A DNA stretch of 64,000 nucleotides from a virus: positions 1 to 64,000 of the IMG/VR virus record IMGVR_UViG_3300029286_002355; one strand, written 5' to 3'. The stretch's first letter is position 1; each line of letters starts with the position of its first letter. Of the stretch, positions 8,454-17,158 are shown piece after piece. A program made the position numbers and the translations under genes. The notes below the pieces were generated by a model. It was not told the origin of the DNA. It worked only from the letters and a program-made list of their open reading frames with translations, and made no database searches.

Positions 8454-8984
8454 TTAATCAATCTTTTCGAAACTCAACATCTTACTTCTTCCGTAAAGTC
8501 CCTTATTGGCGGGACGGAAATCCATGAGCCCAACTTTCTTACCCATGTCTTCAATCACTTGTTTAACCTGCTCAATATTCATCATGGTTTCATCCCACTC
8601 AATACCAAAAGTAACTTTCCAACTATCAATTCTGGGACGATGACGCATAACTCGCCCCCTTGTTGAAGGAATAACCACAGGCCTCGAATCAACGGAATAC
8701 CTTTCTGTTCCCAAACCAACATATTCTGGCTCAACCATCAAGCAAGCAGCAACAGTTTTTTGAAGAGATGCCCGGCCTTTGCCCTTACTGTATGCAGCGG
8801 CCCCAACTAGTGCTCTTTGAATGTTGATGCCGGGAATATAAAGCTCTCTTGACCCCGGAATTCTATAGGCAGCAATTTCGGCTTGCTCTTCTTTGGGTTT
8901 CTTATCTAATCCTTGAATTGGAGTGTCTGGAAACCGATTCATTAATAGTGCCGAAGTACCTTCTATCGTTACTTTTGCCTTCAT
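8454..8984 (-). CDS. stand-alone RAMP/Cas7-like protein (Vipr-like)
   Basis: N-terminal beta strand VTIEGTSALLMN, LYIPGINIQRALVGAA (RAMP IPGSSxKGAxR-like), C-terminal Gly-rich loop GLMDFRPANKGLYGR; start moved to ATG 8984 after AAGGGAG. Confidence 0.75.
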   Translation of the reverse strand: MKAKVTIEGTSALLMNRFPDTPIQGLDKKPKEEQAEIAAYRIPGSRELYIPGINIQRALVGAAAYSKGKGRASLQKTVAACLMVEPEYVGLGTERYSVDSRPVVIPSTRGRVMRHRPRIDSWKVTFGIEWDETMMNIEQVKQVIEDMGKKVGLMDFRPANKGLYGRSKMLSFEKID

Positions 8985-9003
8985 TATTTCTCCCTTGGTT
9001 TCG

Positions 9004-9177
9004 TTAATTTTTCTTGTCAAAAATTCGGCTACAGTTTTTGCATCTTTGATCTACTAAATAATTCCATGCACCTAGTCCATCAACTGAATATTTTTTTGCT
9101 CGACACAATGGTTTACCTTTCATGTCAAAAAAATGGACTTTGTGAGGATCTCTTACTCTTACACTTAGTCCATGCAT
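9004..9177 (-). CDS. 57-aa hypothetical protein (not in the ORF track)
   Basis: GGAG SD, MHGLSVRVRDPHKVHFF..CKNCSRIFDKKN. Confidence 0.55.
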   Translation of the reverse strand: MHGLSVRVRDPHKVHFFDMKGKPLCRAKKYSVDGLGAWNYLVDQRCKNCSRIFDKKN

Positions 9178-9186
9178 TGTTTCTCC

Positions 9187-9411
9187 TTATATTCTCCCCT
9201 GAGCCGCCATAGAACCAAATTGCCCTAAAGACATTGTATCGCACATTCCAATATCACCTATTCTTGATTTGATTACTTTTACGATTTGGCCTGTTTCGTC
9301 TATTTTTCCAACCACATCAAAATCCGCAACTAACATTTTGTAATAGGCTATACTGTCATCGGAATCTGCCCCCTTGTCTTCCCCGTATTCTAACAATAGT
9401 ATTTTTCTCAT
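9187..9411 (-). CDS. hypothetical protein
   Basis: ORF with SD. Confidence 0.6.
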   Translation of the reverse strand: MRKILLLEYGEDKGADSDDSIAYYKMLVADFDVVGKIDETGQIVKVIKSRIGDIGMCDTMSLGQFGSMAAQGRI

Positions 9412-9450
9412 GGTATACCTATTATAACTGATTCGAAGTATAAATCAATA

Positions 9451-9873
9451 TCAATTACGCTTTTTTTTACCCCTCATACATATTGAAAAATCAGTAGGCT
9501 TTTTAGAAACCCATGCTACCCATTTTCGAATTTCAGGATGAGAACAAATAGCCTCTGGAGTATTATAGGTAGACCTTAACTCCTTTAGTGATAACAACTT
9601 ATGAATTTGGTCTCCGCATGAAACACAAACATGAATGGTTTCTTTACCTTTCATTGAGCGTGGGATGAGATGATGATGTTCCCAACAATCTTCTGGGACT
9701 TCTCTTTTACAAATAGGACAATGAGTTAACTCTTCTTCTTCGTATATTGGGCAAGCTTCTTTGGTACAGAAACATTGGAAATCAATACTACACCCGCTTC
9801 CAAGATCGCATATGGCCCATCCCAGTTTATCAGTCCATCCGTGCTCACATTCGATTTCTTCGTAAAATTTCAT
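9451..9873 (-). CDS. HNH endonuclease
   Basis: CPIC..HHHLIPRS..CVSCGDQIH. Confidence 0.75.
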   Translation of the reverse strand: MKFYEEIECEHGWTDKLGWAICDLGSGCSIDFQCFCTKEACPIYEEEELTHCPICKREVPEDCWEHHHLIPRSMKGKETIHVCVSCGDQIHKLLSLKELRSTYNTPEAICSHPEIRKWVAWVSKKPTDFSICMRGKKKRN

Positions 9874-10021
9874 GGCTGATTCCTATAGGGCGCATTATGC
9901 TGCGCTTTAATAATTACAACATTTTCTGTTTTATCGTTGTAAGTGGTTTATTGCAAATTACATGCGATCTTATTTTGCGATGTTCCAAAAATATGAATGC
10001 GCTGTATGTTACCACTTATGT

Positions 10022-10561
10022 CTATTTGCTGACTTCGTTTGCTTCTTTGTTTTCTTCAGGTATTTCAGATTGCAGAATTTTTTCTATGGTTAGTGGGCCT
10101 TCTTCTTTATATTTTTCAATTTGGCGTTGGATTTCTTCTAAGGTAAGTCCATGCCGATTACGTTCAGCTAATTCTTCTGGTTTCTTCCCGCCAGTTCCAA
10201 GATCCACAATTTTTACTTCATAGCCATATTTTAATGCAGCTTCAACATATCGTTTAGAATTCCACGCCCGAATACCAAGATTATCTATGACAATAGGCGT
10301 TCTACCTTCCCGCATGGCATTTATCGCCCTCTTTAGATTATTCTTAGAAACGGCAACCAAAGGAGTGTAATTGTCTTGTTCCTTCATCTTTGCAAAAAAA
10401 GCTATATATTCTTCGTCATTGTTAGAAATAAGATCGTCGGAAGAGAATATATTTTCTGGAACCACTCCGGGTAAATTTCTAGAGGCTGTACTTTTACCAC
10501 TTCCTGAAATTCCACGAAGTAGGAAGAGGATTTTTTTTTGCGATAGCCTATACCAGTTCAT
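10022..10561 (-). CDS. P-loop kinase (AAA_33, polynucleotide kinase-like)
   Basis: LLRGISGSGKST, IVIDNL, RNRHG. Confidence 0.8.
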   Translation of the reverse strand: MNWYRLSQKKILFLLRGISGSGKSTASRNLPGVVPENIFSSDDLISNNDEEYIAFFAKMKEQDNYTPLVAVSKNNLKRAINAMREGRTPIVIDNLGIRAWNSKRYVEAALKYGYEVKIVDLGTGGKKPEELAERNRHGLTLEEIQRQIEKYKEEGPLTIEKILQSEIPEENKEANEVSK

Positions 10562-11439
10562 GCTATTTCCTTGTAGAACTTTTCTCTAAATTTCTTGTCA
10601 TAAAATTCCGTAAACGTTATCTTATCTTCTTCATATAGTTTTGTTAAATCTCCTGTTGACAATTTTGGTATATCAACCATTTGATAAATAAGACCTTTTT
10701 TATTACAAAACTTTTCAGCAGCCTCCCTTTTCAGTTTATTAGAAGGAGTATTAAATAGTTTTTTTGGTTTGCATTCTATCAAGTATTTATCTTCTACAAA
10801 AAAGTCGGCTCTATACGTTCTTCTAGTACCGTCCCAGTTTACATATTCTATAGTTAAATCTTTTCTTTCAGCCGATATCCACTTTTTATTTTCTTTTTCT
10901 ATTATATTAATCATGTAAGATAGTTCTAAAATGCTTCTGAAATACCATTTGTTATACCAACCGCTCCATCCGTTTCCTGCCCCATGAGGAGAACATTTGC
11001 CAAACATGGAATTTTTTTCACCACTGTTATTTATAGATTGCTTTTTTCTATAGGCATCCATTTTTCTGTCTGCCTCTTCTTTGCCATATTTTTTTACCCA
11101 CTGTTGATATACGGTTTTTCCATACATCGGATTATTTTTACCTTGAGCGAGTTTAGTAAGTAATTTGATTCTTTCTGGTGATTTAAGATAAGCGTAATCT
11201 CTTGCCCTTAATACCGCTTTTGTTTCTTCTGTGTGGTGTTTACCCTCAAAGCCATTAGGATTATTTTTGGCATATTCTCTAAATTGTTTTGTTCTTAGTT
11301 TATGTATTTCTGGTCTATTGTTGATTTCGGAAGCGGAACAAGATCTACATGGTCTATTATTTACTTTGGAATTATAGTGGGAATGATATGATGAATAAAT
11401 GAGTTCTTTCCCACATTTAGGGCAATTTCTGGTATACAT
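10558..11439 (-). CDS. free-standing homing endonuclease: NUMOD3 repeats plus TnsA-like PD-(D/E)xK domain
   Basis: GKHHTEETK, KNNPMYGK, FRSILELSY..YRADF..LIECKP. Confidence 0.75.
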   Translation of the reverse strand: MYTRNCPKCGKELIYSSYHSHYNSKVNNRPCRSCSASEINNRPEIHKLRTKQFREYAKNNPNGFEGKHHTEETKAVLRARDYAYLKSPERIKLLTKLAQGKNNPMYGKTVYQQWVKKYGKEEADRKMDAYRKKQSINNSGEKNSMFGKCSPHGAGNGWSGWYNKWYFRSILELSYMINIIEKENKKWISAERKDLTIEYVNWDGTRRTYRADFFVEDKYLIECKPKKLFNTPSNKLKREAAEKFCNKKGLIYQMVDIPKLSTGDLTKLYEEDKITFTEFYDKKFREKFYKEIA

Positions 11440-11514
11440 TACTATCTCCTTTTAGCAATGTAATTCTGTCAGGGAACCAGAAATACTTCTTATTATTTTA
11501 ATTTATTTTTACGT

Positions 11515-11730
11515 CTATATTTCCCCATCAGGCATCGGTCCATATTCCTTTTCCAACTCTGCCACAGACATCAAGGCAATATCTATATCTCCATAGGCGT
11601 CTTCGGTTGTGACTACCCAAAATTCAGGGCATTCATCACCGATACATTGAGCGGCAGGAATAGCTCGAACCACATCCTTATTATTCTTATTGGTAAGGGT
11701 CAAAACCTTTTCTAGGGATTCTGTTATCAT
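11515..11730 (-). CDS. hypothetical protein
   Basis: ORF with ATGA overlap. Confidence 0.6.
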   Translation of the reverse strand: MITESLEKVLTLTNKNNKDVVRAIPAAQCIGDECPEFWVVTTEDAYGDIDIALMSVAELEKEYGPMPDGEI

Positions 11731-11820
11731 AATTGCTCCACCTCTGCATCTCCTTCGATTGCAACCTTGGCCGATTTGTGATCTAAAAAATCATCAACTG
11801 CTTCATCCTGATCAACACAC
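11727..11820 (-). pseudogene. 3' half of a gene interrupted by the IS605-type element
   Basis: CVDQDEAVDDFLDHKSAKVAIEGDAEVEQL* joins in frame to 13640-13480. Confidence 0.65.
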
Positions 11821-11854
11821 TGACATACTCTCCATGCTAAAGCCACGGAGGTTC

Positions 11855-12916
11855 TTAGTTAACAAACGCCTCATTACATTTCGGCATTTGATTTTCTAAT
11901 CTGAGGATATCAGTGTTCCTCTTAGTATTATCTCTGTCTAATACTAAATGACCATTGCCTTCAGTGTTATTCAATAATTCAAATGCCGCTATATTAAAAG
12001 CGGCATTTGAATCCGCATGGTCAGCGTGTCCACAACTAACACATTTGAATACTTTTCCATTCCTGTTTCCTATAACTCCACATCTACTACATTTTTGACT
12101 AGTATATGCAGGATTGATATAGACAACTGGTATTCCTAATATTTTGGATTTGTATTCTATCATGGTTTTAAGCTGATAGAAACTCCAACTATTTAAGGAG
12201 TACTTGAATGACGGTTGTGTTTTCTTATTTCTCTTTTCTCTAATTTGCGTTAAGTCTTCCAACTTAATTCCACAATTATTCTTTTGAGCAACTTGAACTA
12301 TCTTTCTACTAATCTCATGGTTCAAATTCTTAATTCTGTTTTGTTCTCTTCTCTTGATTTTCTTTAGTTGATATTTTGCTCCTTTCTTTTGTAGTTTTGT
12401 TCTCAGGTTCTTATATTTTAAGTGAAGATGATTTGCTTCTTTTCCTAATTTGATAACCTTTTTGGTTTTAGGAATTGCTACAACTGCACAATGACCAGTA
12501 GTATTTAAGTCCACTCCGATATAATCTTTAACTTTCATTTCCTGCTTGTTAGGCACTTCGCAGGAAATATAGCAATAGGTATTATCAACCTCTATCTGAT
12601 TGATTTTAGTGAAGTTGTTTGGAAATTGATATTGAAGCTCTAATTTAATTACTGAAACTTTGATTGTCTTAGTTTCTTGATTTACTTTAATACCTTGGTT
12701 TGGAATGGTTAGTTTAACAGATTTGATTGACTTACACTTTTTGTTCTTTGAATACTTTTTTAGGATTTGGTTAGATATTTGTGACTTTAGACCGAAGTGT
12801 TTTACGTCCTTAGAACTTCTAGATTTTGTTTTGATAGCAAAGGAAGCAATTTTTCTAGCAATATTCAATTCGCTAGAAAAATCTTTGTCGTGCTTCACTT
12901 TGTAGGTTAATATCAT
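11855..12916 (-). CDS. tnpB: TnpB RNA-guided nuclease
   Basis: GVDLN, LEDL, AYTSQKCSRC..CVSC..HADSNAA. Confidence 0.92.
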   Translation of the reverse strand: MILTYKVKHDKDFSSELNIARKIASFAIKTKSRSSKDVKHFGLKSQISNQILKKYSKNKKCKSIKSVKLTIPNQGIKVNQETKTIKVSVIKLELQYQFPNNFTKINQIEVDNTYCYISCEVPNKQEMKVKDYIGVDLNTTGHCAVVAIPKTKKVIKLGKEANHLHLKYKNLRTKLQKKGAKYQLKKIKRREQNRIKNLNHEISRKIVQVAQKNNCGIKLEDLTQIREKRNKKTQPSFKYSLNSWSFYQLKTMIEYKSKILGIPVVYINPAYTSQKCSRCGVIGNRNGKVFKCVSCGHADHADSNAAFNIAAFELLNNTEGNGHLVLDRDNTKRNTDILRLENQMPKCNEAFVN

Positions 12917-13326
12917 TTGTTCTTTTGGTCTTCTATATATTTCTTAACAACCGCTAAAGTTACTGCTCCAACTGTTGAAATGAATCTGGAATTAGTCCAA
13001 AGAGTAGGAAGTCTTGATTTCAGTTCTGGAAATTGGTTTCTAAGTTCATGAGAAGTATAACCTTTGATTTTAGAAACCACCTTGTATATTCCTTCTTTTG
13101 GATTAGTACTAATTATCAAGTGAACGTGGTCTAATAGCACTTCCATGTCTAGCACCTTGAACTTATATTCTTCTTGTTTTGAAAGAATCAATTCCTTAAG
13201 TCGTTTTGCAATATCTTCTGTCAAAACCTTTCTTCTATATTTAGGACAGAAGATAACGTGGTATTGACAAGAGTAGATGAAATCTCCATCTGACTCATAC
13301 TTCTTTTCGCTTTGTTGTATTTCCAT
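12913..13326 (-). CDS. tnpA: IS200 Y1 (HUH) transposase
   Basis: YHVIFCPKYRR, DHVHLII, LWTNSRF, KYIEDQ. Confidence 0.95.
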   Translation of the reverse strand: MEIQQSEKKYESDGDFIYSCQYHVIFCPKYRRKVLTEDIAKRLKELILSKQEEYKFKVLDMEVLLDHVHLIISTNPKEGIYKVVSKIKGYTSHELRNQFPELKSRLPTLWTNSRFISTVGAVTLAVVKKYIEDQKNK

Positions 13327-13479
13327 ATACTAGTCCTTAATATCTTCTACTTACATTATACAAGAAATTAAGAAATAATCCTGCATAAAAGTGAAAATAT
13401 TTTTTTAGGTATAGAAATGGTTGAAATTGACGGCATTCATCCCCATGCTAAAGCAACGGGGCTTTCTGCCGTTTTCCCG

Positions 13480-13640
13480 GTAATTTTTAAACCACTCATC
13501 CATGATCCCAATTCGATTTGAGCCATACCTTCAATGTTCATATCAACGACATTTCCCAATGCTTCTACCAGATCTCTTTGATGTGAATCTTCGTAGGTTG
13601 AAAAAGTGCCTCTAATGGTTGCTGCTGGAATTTTTTTCAT
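13480..13640 (-). pseudogene. 5' half of the gene interrupted by the IS605-type element
   Basis: MKKIPAATIRG..SGLKIT; the tail of track ORF 13437-13655 is IS left-end sequence. Confidence 0.65.
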
Positions 13641-13661
13641 AATGTCTCCTTTCATAGTCTC

Positions 13662-14135
13662 CTATCTTATGTCATACAACTCTAGCAATGCGGCCCATCC
13701 CGACGATATAACTTCTTTTTGCTCTTTTTTTAAACTAATGATTTTCAACAGCATATCAAGGAAATATTTTGAATGAAAGAAAGCCTCCGCAATAGGACGA
13801 GTATGAAATGTCCACCTGTTGTTATGTTTTTTCTGAAATTCCTTACCTGTTCCATCCTTGAGTATCTCCGTATAAAAATCACATAAATGCTTGTCTTTAT
13901 TTGGGTTAATTTTTTGGATAATTTTTAGAATTTCTTCTGTATATTCTTGAAGCCAGTAAATCTTGAAAGAATAGTGATAGAAGCGATAAATCCTGTCTTC
14001 GTAAGCATAATCGATTCTCTTACCAAGACCTTCAATCTCTTTAGAGCATTTATTTATCTTCCTGAATAAAGCAGATCGTTTCCTTTTAATTGCCGCATAT
14101 TCTTTATCGTAGTCTACTTTTACGATTACACTCAT
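13662..14135 (-). CDS. hypothetical protein
   Basis: 157-aa ORF with ATGA overlap. Confidence 0.7.
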   Translation of the reverse strand: MSVIVKVDYDKEYAAIKRKRSALFRKINKCSKEIEGLGKRIDYAYEDRIYRFYHYSFKIYWLQEYTEEILKIIQKINPNKDKHLCDFYTEILKDGTGKEFQKKHNNRWTFHTRPIAEAFFHSKYFLDMLLKIISLKKEQKEVISSGWAALLELYDIR

Positions 14136-14623
14136 TGAATCATCTCCCTAATTTCCATTCTCGCCTTGGACACTTCCCAAAGTTTCAAGCTAACGTCCAT
14201 CATAGAAGAAAAAGTGGAAACAATATAAACATTATCAAAATTAAGTTTAAGTAGATGTTGTTGGACTAACGCTCTTGCTCTGATAGATTCTTTTGCCGCT
14301 ACCGGATTATCTTTTACCAAATCAGGAGTAAGTGTCTGATCAATCATGATAACAAAGTCTCTTCGACTTTCCAATTTAATTGCGTTAAGAATAGAAAATC
14401 CCGTTTCGGCTAAAGATCCTGTTGCGTAAGTTTCATTGGTGACAGGAAACAAAATGATACTATCGTTAGCCAAATGTTCTGCTTCAATTACTGCCAATTC
14501 GGGTTTCCAATCGTCTACTTGGGGGTTAAAAAATTCAATACCTTTTTCTTTATAAACCTCCATAAAGGGTTGTCGCCAAGTGCTTTTACCACATGTTCCA
14601 AATAATCCAATGCACAATTTCAT
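14132..14623 (-). CDS. nucleoside 2-deoxyribosyltransferase-like protein
   Basis: GLFGTCG..WRQ..FFNPQVDDW..E..GSLAETG. Confidence 0.7.
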   Translation of the reverse strand: MKLCIGLFGTCGKSTWRQPFMEVYKEKGIEFFNPQVDDWKPELAVIEAEHLANDSIILFPVTNETYATGSLAETGFSILNAIKLESRRDFVIMIDQTLTPDLVKDNPVAAKESIRARALVQQHLLKLNFDNVYIVSTFSSMMDVSLKLWEVSKARMEIREMIQ

Positions 14624-14633
14624 TTATTTCTCC

Positions 14634-15356
14634 TTAATTAATGCGTTCTATCGGTTTTGCGTTTGAAAGTGTTTCTATTTTTTTATTGGTTTTATAAACA
14701 TCTGAAGCAAGGAGTTCAGCAGGAGGTATTAAATCTTTTGCTTTGATTTCTGGGACTTCTTCTACCACCTCATCCTTTTCGATTTCTTTAATTAGAGCTT
14801 GTGCCTGTTCCAAAGAATGCTGACAAGATTTCGAAATTGCTTCTGTAACTTGCTCGTCAGATAACACAACAGCTTCAACCTTCATACCAAACGAATTAGC
14901 CGCTGTAATTTCTTTTGTTTCTGCTTCTGCTTTTGACTTTGCCTCTTGTTCGGCCTTTTCCCTTGCTTCCTTTTCAGCCTTTTCCCTTGCTTCCCTTTCG
15001 GCCTGTTTCTTGGCTATTTTTTCGGCTTTTTCTGAAGCTGCTTTATCCGCTCTTTCTGCCGCCTCTATTTCTTCAAGTGCTTTAGCTTCCGCAATAAGCT
15101 TTTCATCCGCTTCTTTTTTTACTCTGGCAACTTCTTCGGCTTCTGCTTTAACCCTTGCAACTTCTTCGGCTTTAATTCTAACTATTTCGTCAGCCTTTTC
15201 TTTAGCGATTTTCTTTTGTTCTGCCTTATAAGCTTTTCTGTCAAACTTTTCATAAGGAACGCAAGCAGGACTATTAGCCTTATCCGTACCGCAATTCTTT
15301 TCATGGGCCGGTTTACGTCTACAACCACAAACAATACAACGAATATTTTTCTTCAT
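14634..15356 (-). CDS. Ala/Glu/Lys-rich coiled-coil protein with N-terminal Cys motif
   Basis: EVARVK and EAREKAE repeats; start moved to MKKNIRC. Confidence 0.7.
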   Translation of the reverse strand: MKKNIRCIVCGCRRKPAHEKNCGTDKANSPACVPYEKFDRKAYKAEQKKIAKEKADEIVRIKAEEVARVKAEAEEVARVKKEADEKLIAEAKALEEIEAAERADKAASEKAEKIAKKQAEREAREKAEKEAREKAEQEAKSKAEAETKEITAANSFGMKVEAVVLSDEQVTEAISKSCQHSLEQAQALIKEIEKDEVVEEVPEIKAKDLIPPAELLASDVYKTNKKIETLSNAKPIERIN

Positions 15357-15370
15357 GTTACTCCTTTTTC

Positions 15371-15598
15371 TTACCATGTTACTTCTTTTTCGCAATCGAT
15401 AACACTTTCTTTTGTATAGTGTCCATAGAAAGTCCCATCCACCATGACCAATCTAACCATGCCCATTTTTTCCCCAAAAGCAAATGCATGTTCAGCAACT
15501 CCCGGACACATCTCGTAATATACCGATCTTGGCTTGGGATAAGGGGTATAACAAAACCACTTCAAAATATTTGCTACAATTTTTGGGATGTGGTTCAT
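15371..15598 (-). CDS. hypothetical protein
   Basis: ORF in gene train. Confidence 0.6.
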   Translation of the reverse strand: MNHIPKIVANILKWFCYTPYPKPRSVYYEMCPGVAEHAFAFGEKMGMVRLVMVDGTFYGHYTKESVIDCEKEVTW

Positions 15599-15599
15599 T

Positions 15600-15764
15600 T
15601 TAATACCCTGCTTCTTTTAGTTCTTTTTTGAGATTGTTTAGTACATGTGCTGAGGAGTCTTCATTGGTTGGTATAATCCACTCGCTTGTAATTCCGTTAG
15701 AGTCGATATACTTTACAATAAGATCATTCCCCCTAATACTTATGGTAGCTATCTTTTTCTTCAT
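15600..15764 (-). CDS. 54-aa hypothetical protein (not in the ORF track)
   Basis: GGGAG SD, MKKKIATISIRGNDLIVKY..; fills the gap exactly. Confidence 0.55.
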   Translation of the reverse strand: MKKKIATISIRGNDLIVKYIDSNGITSEWIIPTNEDSSAHVLNNLKKELKEAGY

Positions 15765-15765
15765 G

Positions 15766-16362
15766 TTACTCCCTTTCTAGTTTTTCACTTGGTTTTCTGT
15801 CTTTTACCTTATGTAAGGCCGCTTCTATTTCGCCCAACTGTTCTATCCCATTATACCGAATAAGATTAGAATGGGTAAAATCTTCGTTATAGTCATAAGC
15901 AGGCATAATGACTAATCCCCTTGGTCTATGCTCAACCCATTTTTCTATATACTTAGGAAAATCGTCAACTAGAACTTTGCCATAAACTATCCCCTTATCT
16001 CTGGTAATCGTTATATCATTACAAAAAGGCATATTCTTATTGACCCACCGAACCTTGCCTTCCCATGCAGCAGGATTTACTCTTGGCCCTTGAGTTAGAA
16101 TAATAATACGGAATTCAAGTTTTCTTAATAGATCAACCAATTGCATTCCACGATCAATGACAGGAAGATTCTCCCACCACTCCCTAGAGGCTCGAATAAG
16201 ATTCATCCTTGCAAAAATGTAATCGGGTTCTTCTCCTTTTTTCCAAGAGAAAGTTTTTGGCTCGTTAGGAGAACGAAGCTTTTCAAGATCAACATAAAGC
16301 TGTTCATCATGTCCTGCTACGCTACCATCTAAATCCACTAATGCTATATCGTCTCCAAGCAT
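15766..16362 (-). CDS. HAD-family 5'(3')-deoxyribonucleotidase
   Basis: LVDLDG, LTQGP, GKVRW, LVDD. Confidence 0.8.
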   Translation of the reverse strand: MLGDDIALVDLDGSVAGHDEQLYVDLEKLRSPNEPKTFSWKKGEEPDYIFARMNLIRASREWWENLPVIDRGMQLVDLLRKLEFRIIILTQGPRVNPAAWEGKVRWVNKNMPFCNDITITRDKGIVYGKVLVDDFPKYIEKWVEHRPRGLVIMPAYDYNEDFTHSNLIRYNGIEQLGEIEAALHKVKDRKPSEKLERE

Positions 16363-16371
16363 GGTTCTCCT

Positions 16372-16587
16372 TTACTCATTACAGTTAACACAATCACATT
16401 TCATTTCCCCATCATATTCGTTCATGGCTTCTCTTATATCGTTTTCATTCTCGCTTTTTATCATATCGGGATATTCGCCCTCTTCGTCTGGAATCATACG
16501 AAGTTGCCATATTCTTACTACTTCACCAGTATCTTTGCATCTTAAAATCAATTCAAATTTGGGATGAGGTTTAAGACACGCTTTCAT
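16372..16587 (-). CDS. hypothetical protein
   Basis: Start moved to the ATGA overlap with the NADAR gene. Confidence 0.6.
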   Translation of the reverse strand: MKACLKPHPKFELILRCKDTGEVVRIWQLRMIPDEEGEYPDMIKSENENDIREAMNEYDGEMKCDCVNCNE

Positions 16588-17150
16588 AAGTCCCTCAGTT
16601 CTTGTCTTACTTCCATCAAAATTCTTCCAAGATGATTCATGCCAGCTTTCTTGTCGCAACCCCTATCGCACTCCTTGTTAATACAGATGCCCCACTCAGA
16701 ATCATGCCATGTTGTTCCTTCAACAAGATAAGCATTCCCTGTAGCCAAAAGTTTTTGTTTAAGATCGTGATTTTGAAACTTAAGCAATACAATCTTTTTC
16801 ATTATACCAAGTTTTATGCTCTCCCAATCTTCTCTTATAGTAATTTGTTTGCCGTATTTTTTGGCTTTTCCGGGGCTAGGTTCCAGTCTTATCTTTTCTC
16901 TCCACGTTTCGCCTTCCTCATTATCTCTGGCCTTTTCTGCTTGGTAAATATGCTCCGTTGAAAACCAAAGCTTATTTTTCCAAGTCAAGAGGGGGGAAAC
17001 AACATGGAAGTTACTGAGGAAACGATACTCTCCATTAAACCAATAAATTACGGGTTGAGTGGTATCGAAAAAATCTTCTACATGAAGTCGTCCCCACCAT
17101 TTACTAATGTCGGTTTCAGCTTTATCAGAACCATATCCTGTTATTTCCAT
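16584..17150 (-). CDS. NADAR (YbiA-like) family protein
   Basis: FLSNFH, STEHIYQAEK, LLATG..LVE..DSEWG, NHLGRILMEVR. Confidence 0.9.
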   Translation of the reverse strand: MEITGYGSDKAETDISKWWGRLHVEDFFDTTQPVIYWFNGEYRFLSNFHVVSPLLTWKNKLWFSTEHIYQAEKARDNEEGETWREKIRLEPSPGKAKKYGKQITIREDWESIKLGIMKKIVLLKFQNHDLKQKLLATGNAYLVEGTTWHDSEWGICINKECDRGCDKKAGMNHLGRILMEVRQELRDL

Positions 17151-17158
17151 AAATCTCC

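Larger units (their letters stand above)
11821..13479 (-). mobile_element. complete IS200/IS605-family element (tnpA + tnpB)
   Basis: Left hairpin CCCCGTTG-CTTTAG-CATGGGG (13441-13461), right hairpin CTCCGTG-GCTTTAG-CATGGAG then AGTATGTCA; inserted after TTAC; removal restores an 84-aa ORF. Confidence 0.85.

Noticed and set aside
13437-13655. ORF-track 72-aa protein as an intact gene
   Set aside because: Its last codons are IS left-end sequence; it is the 5' half of an interrupted gene.
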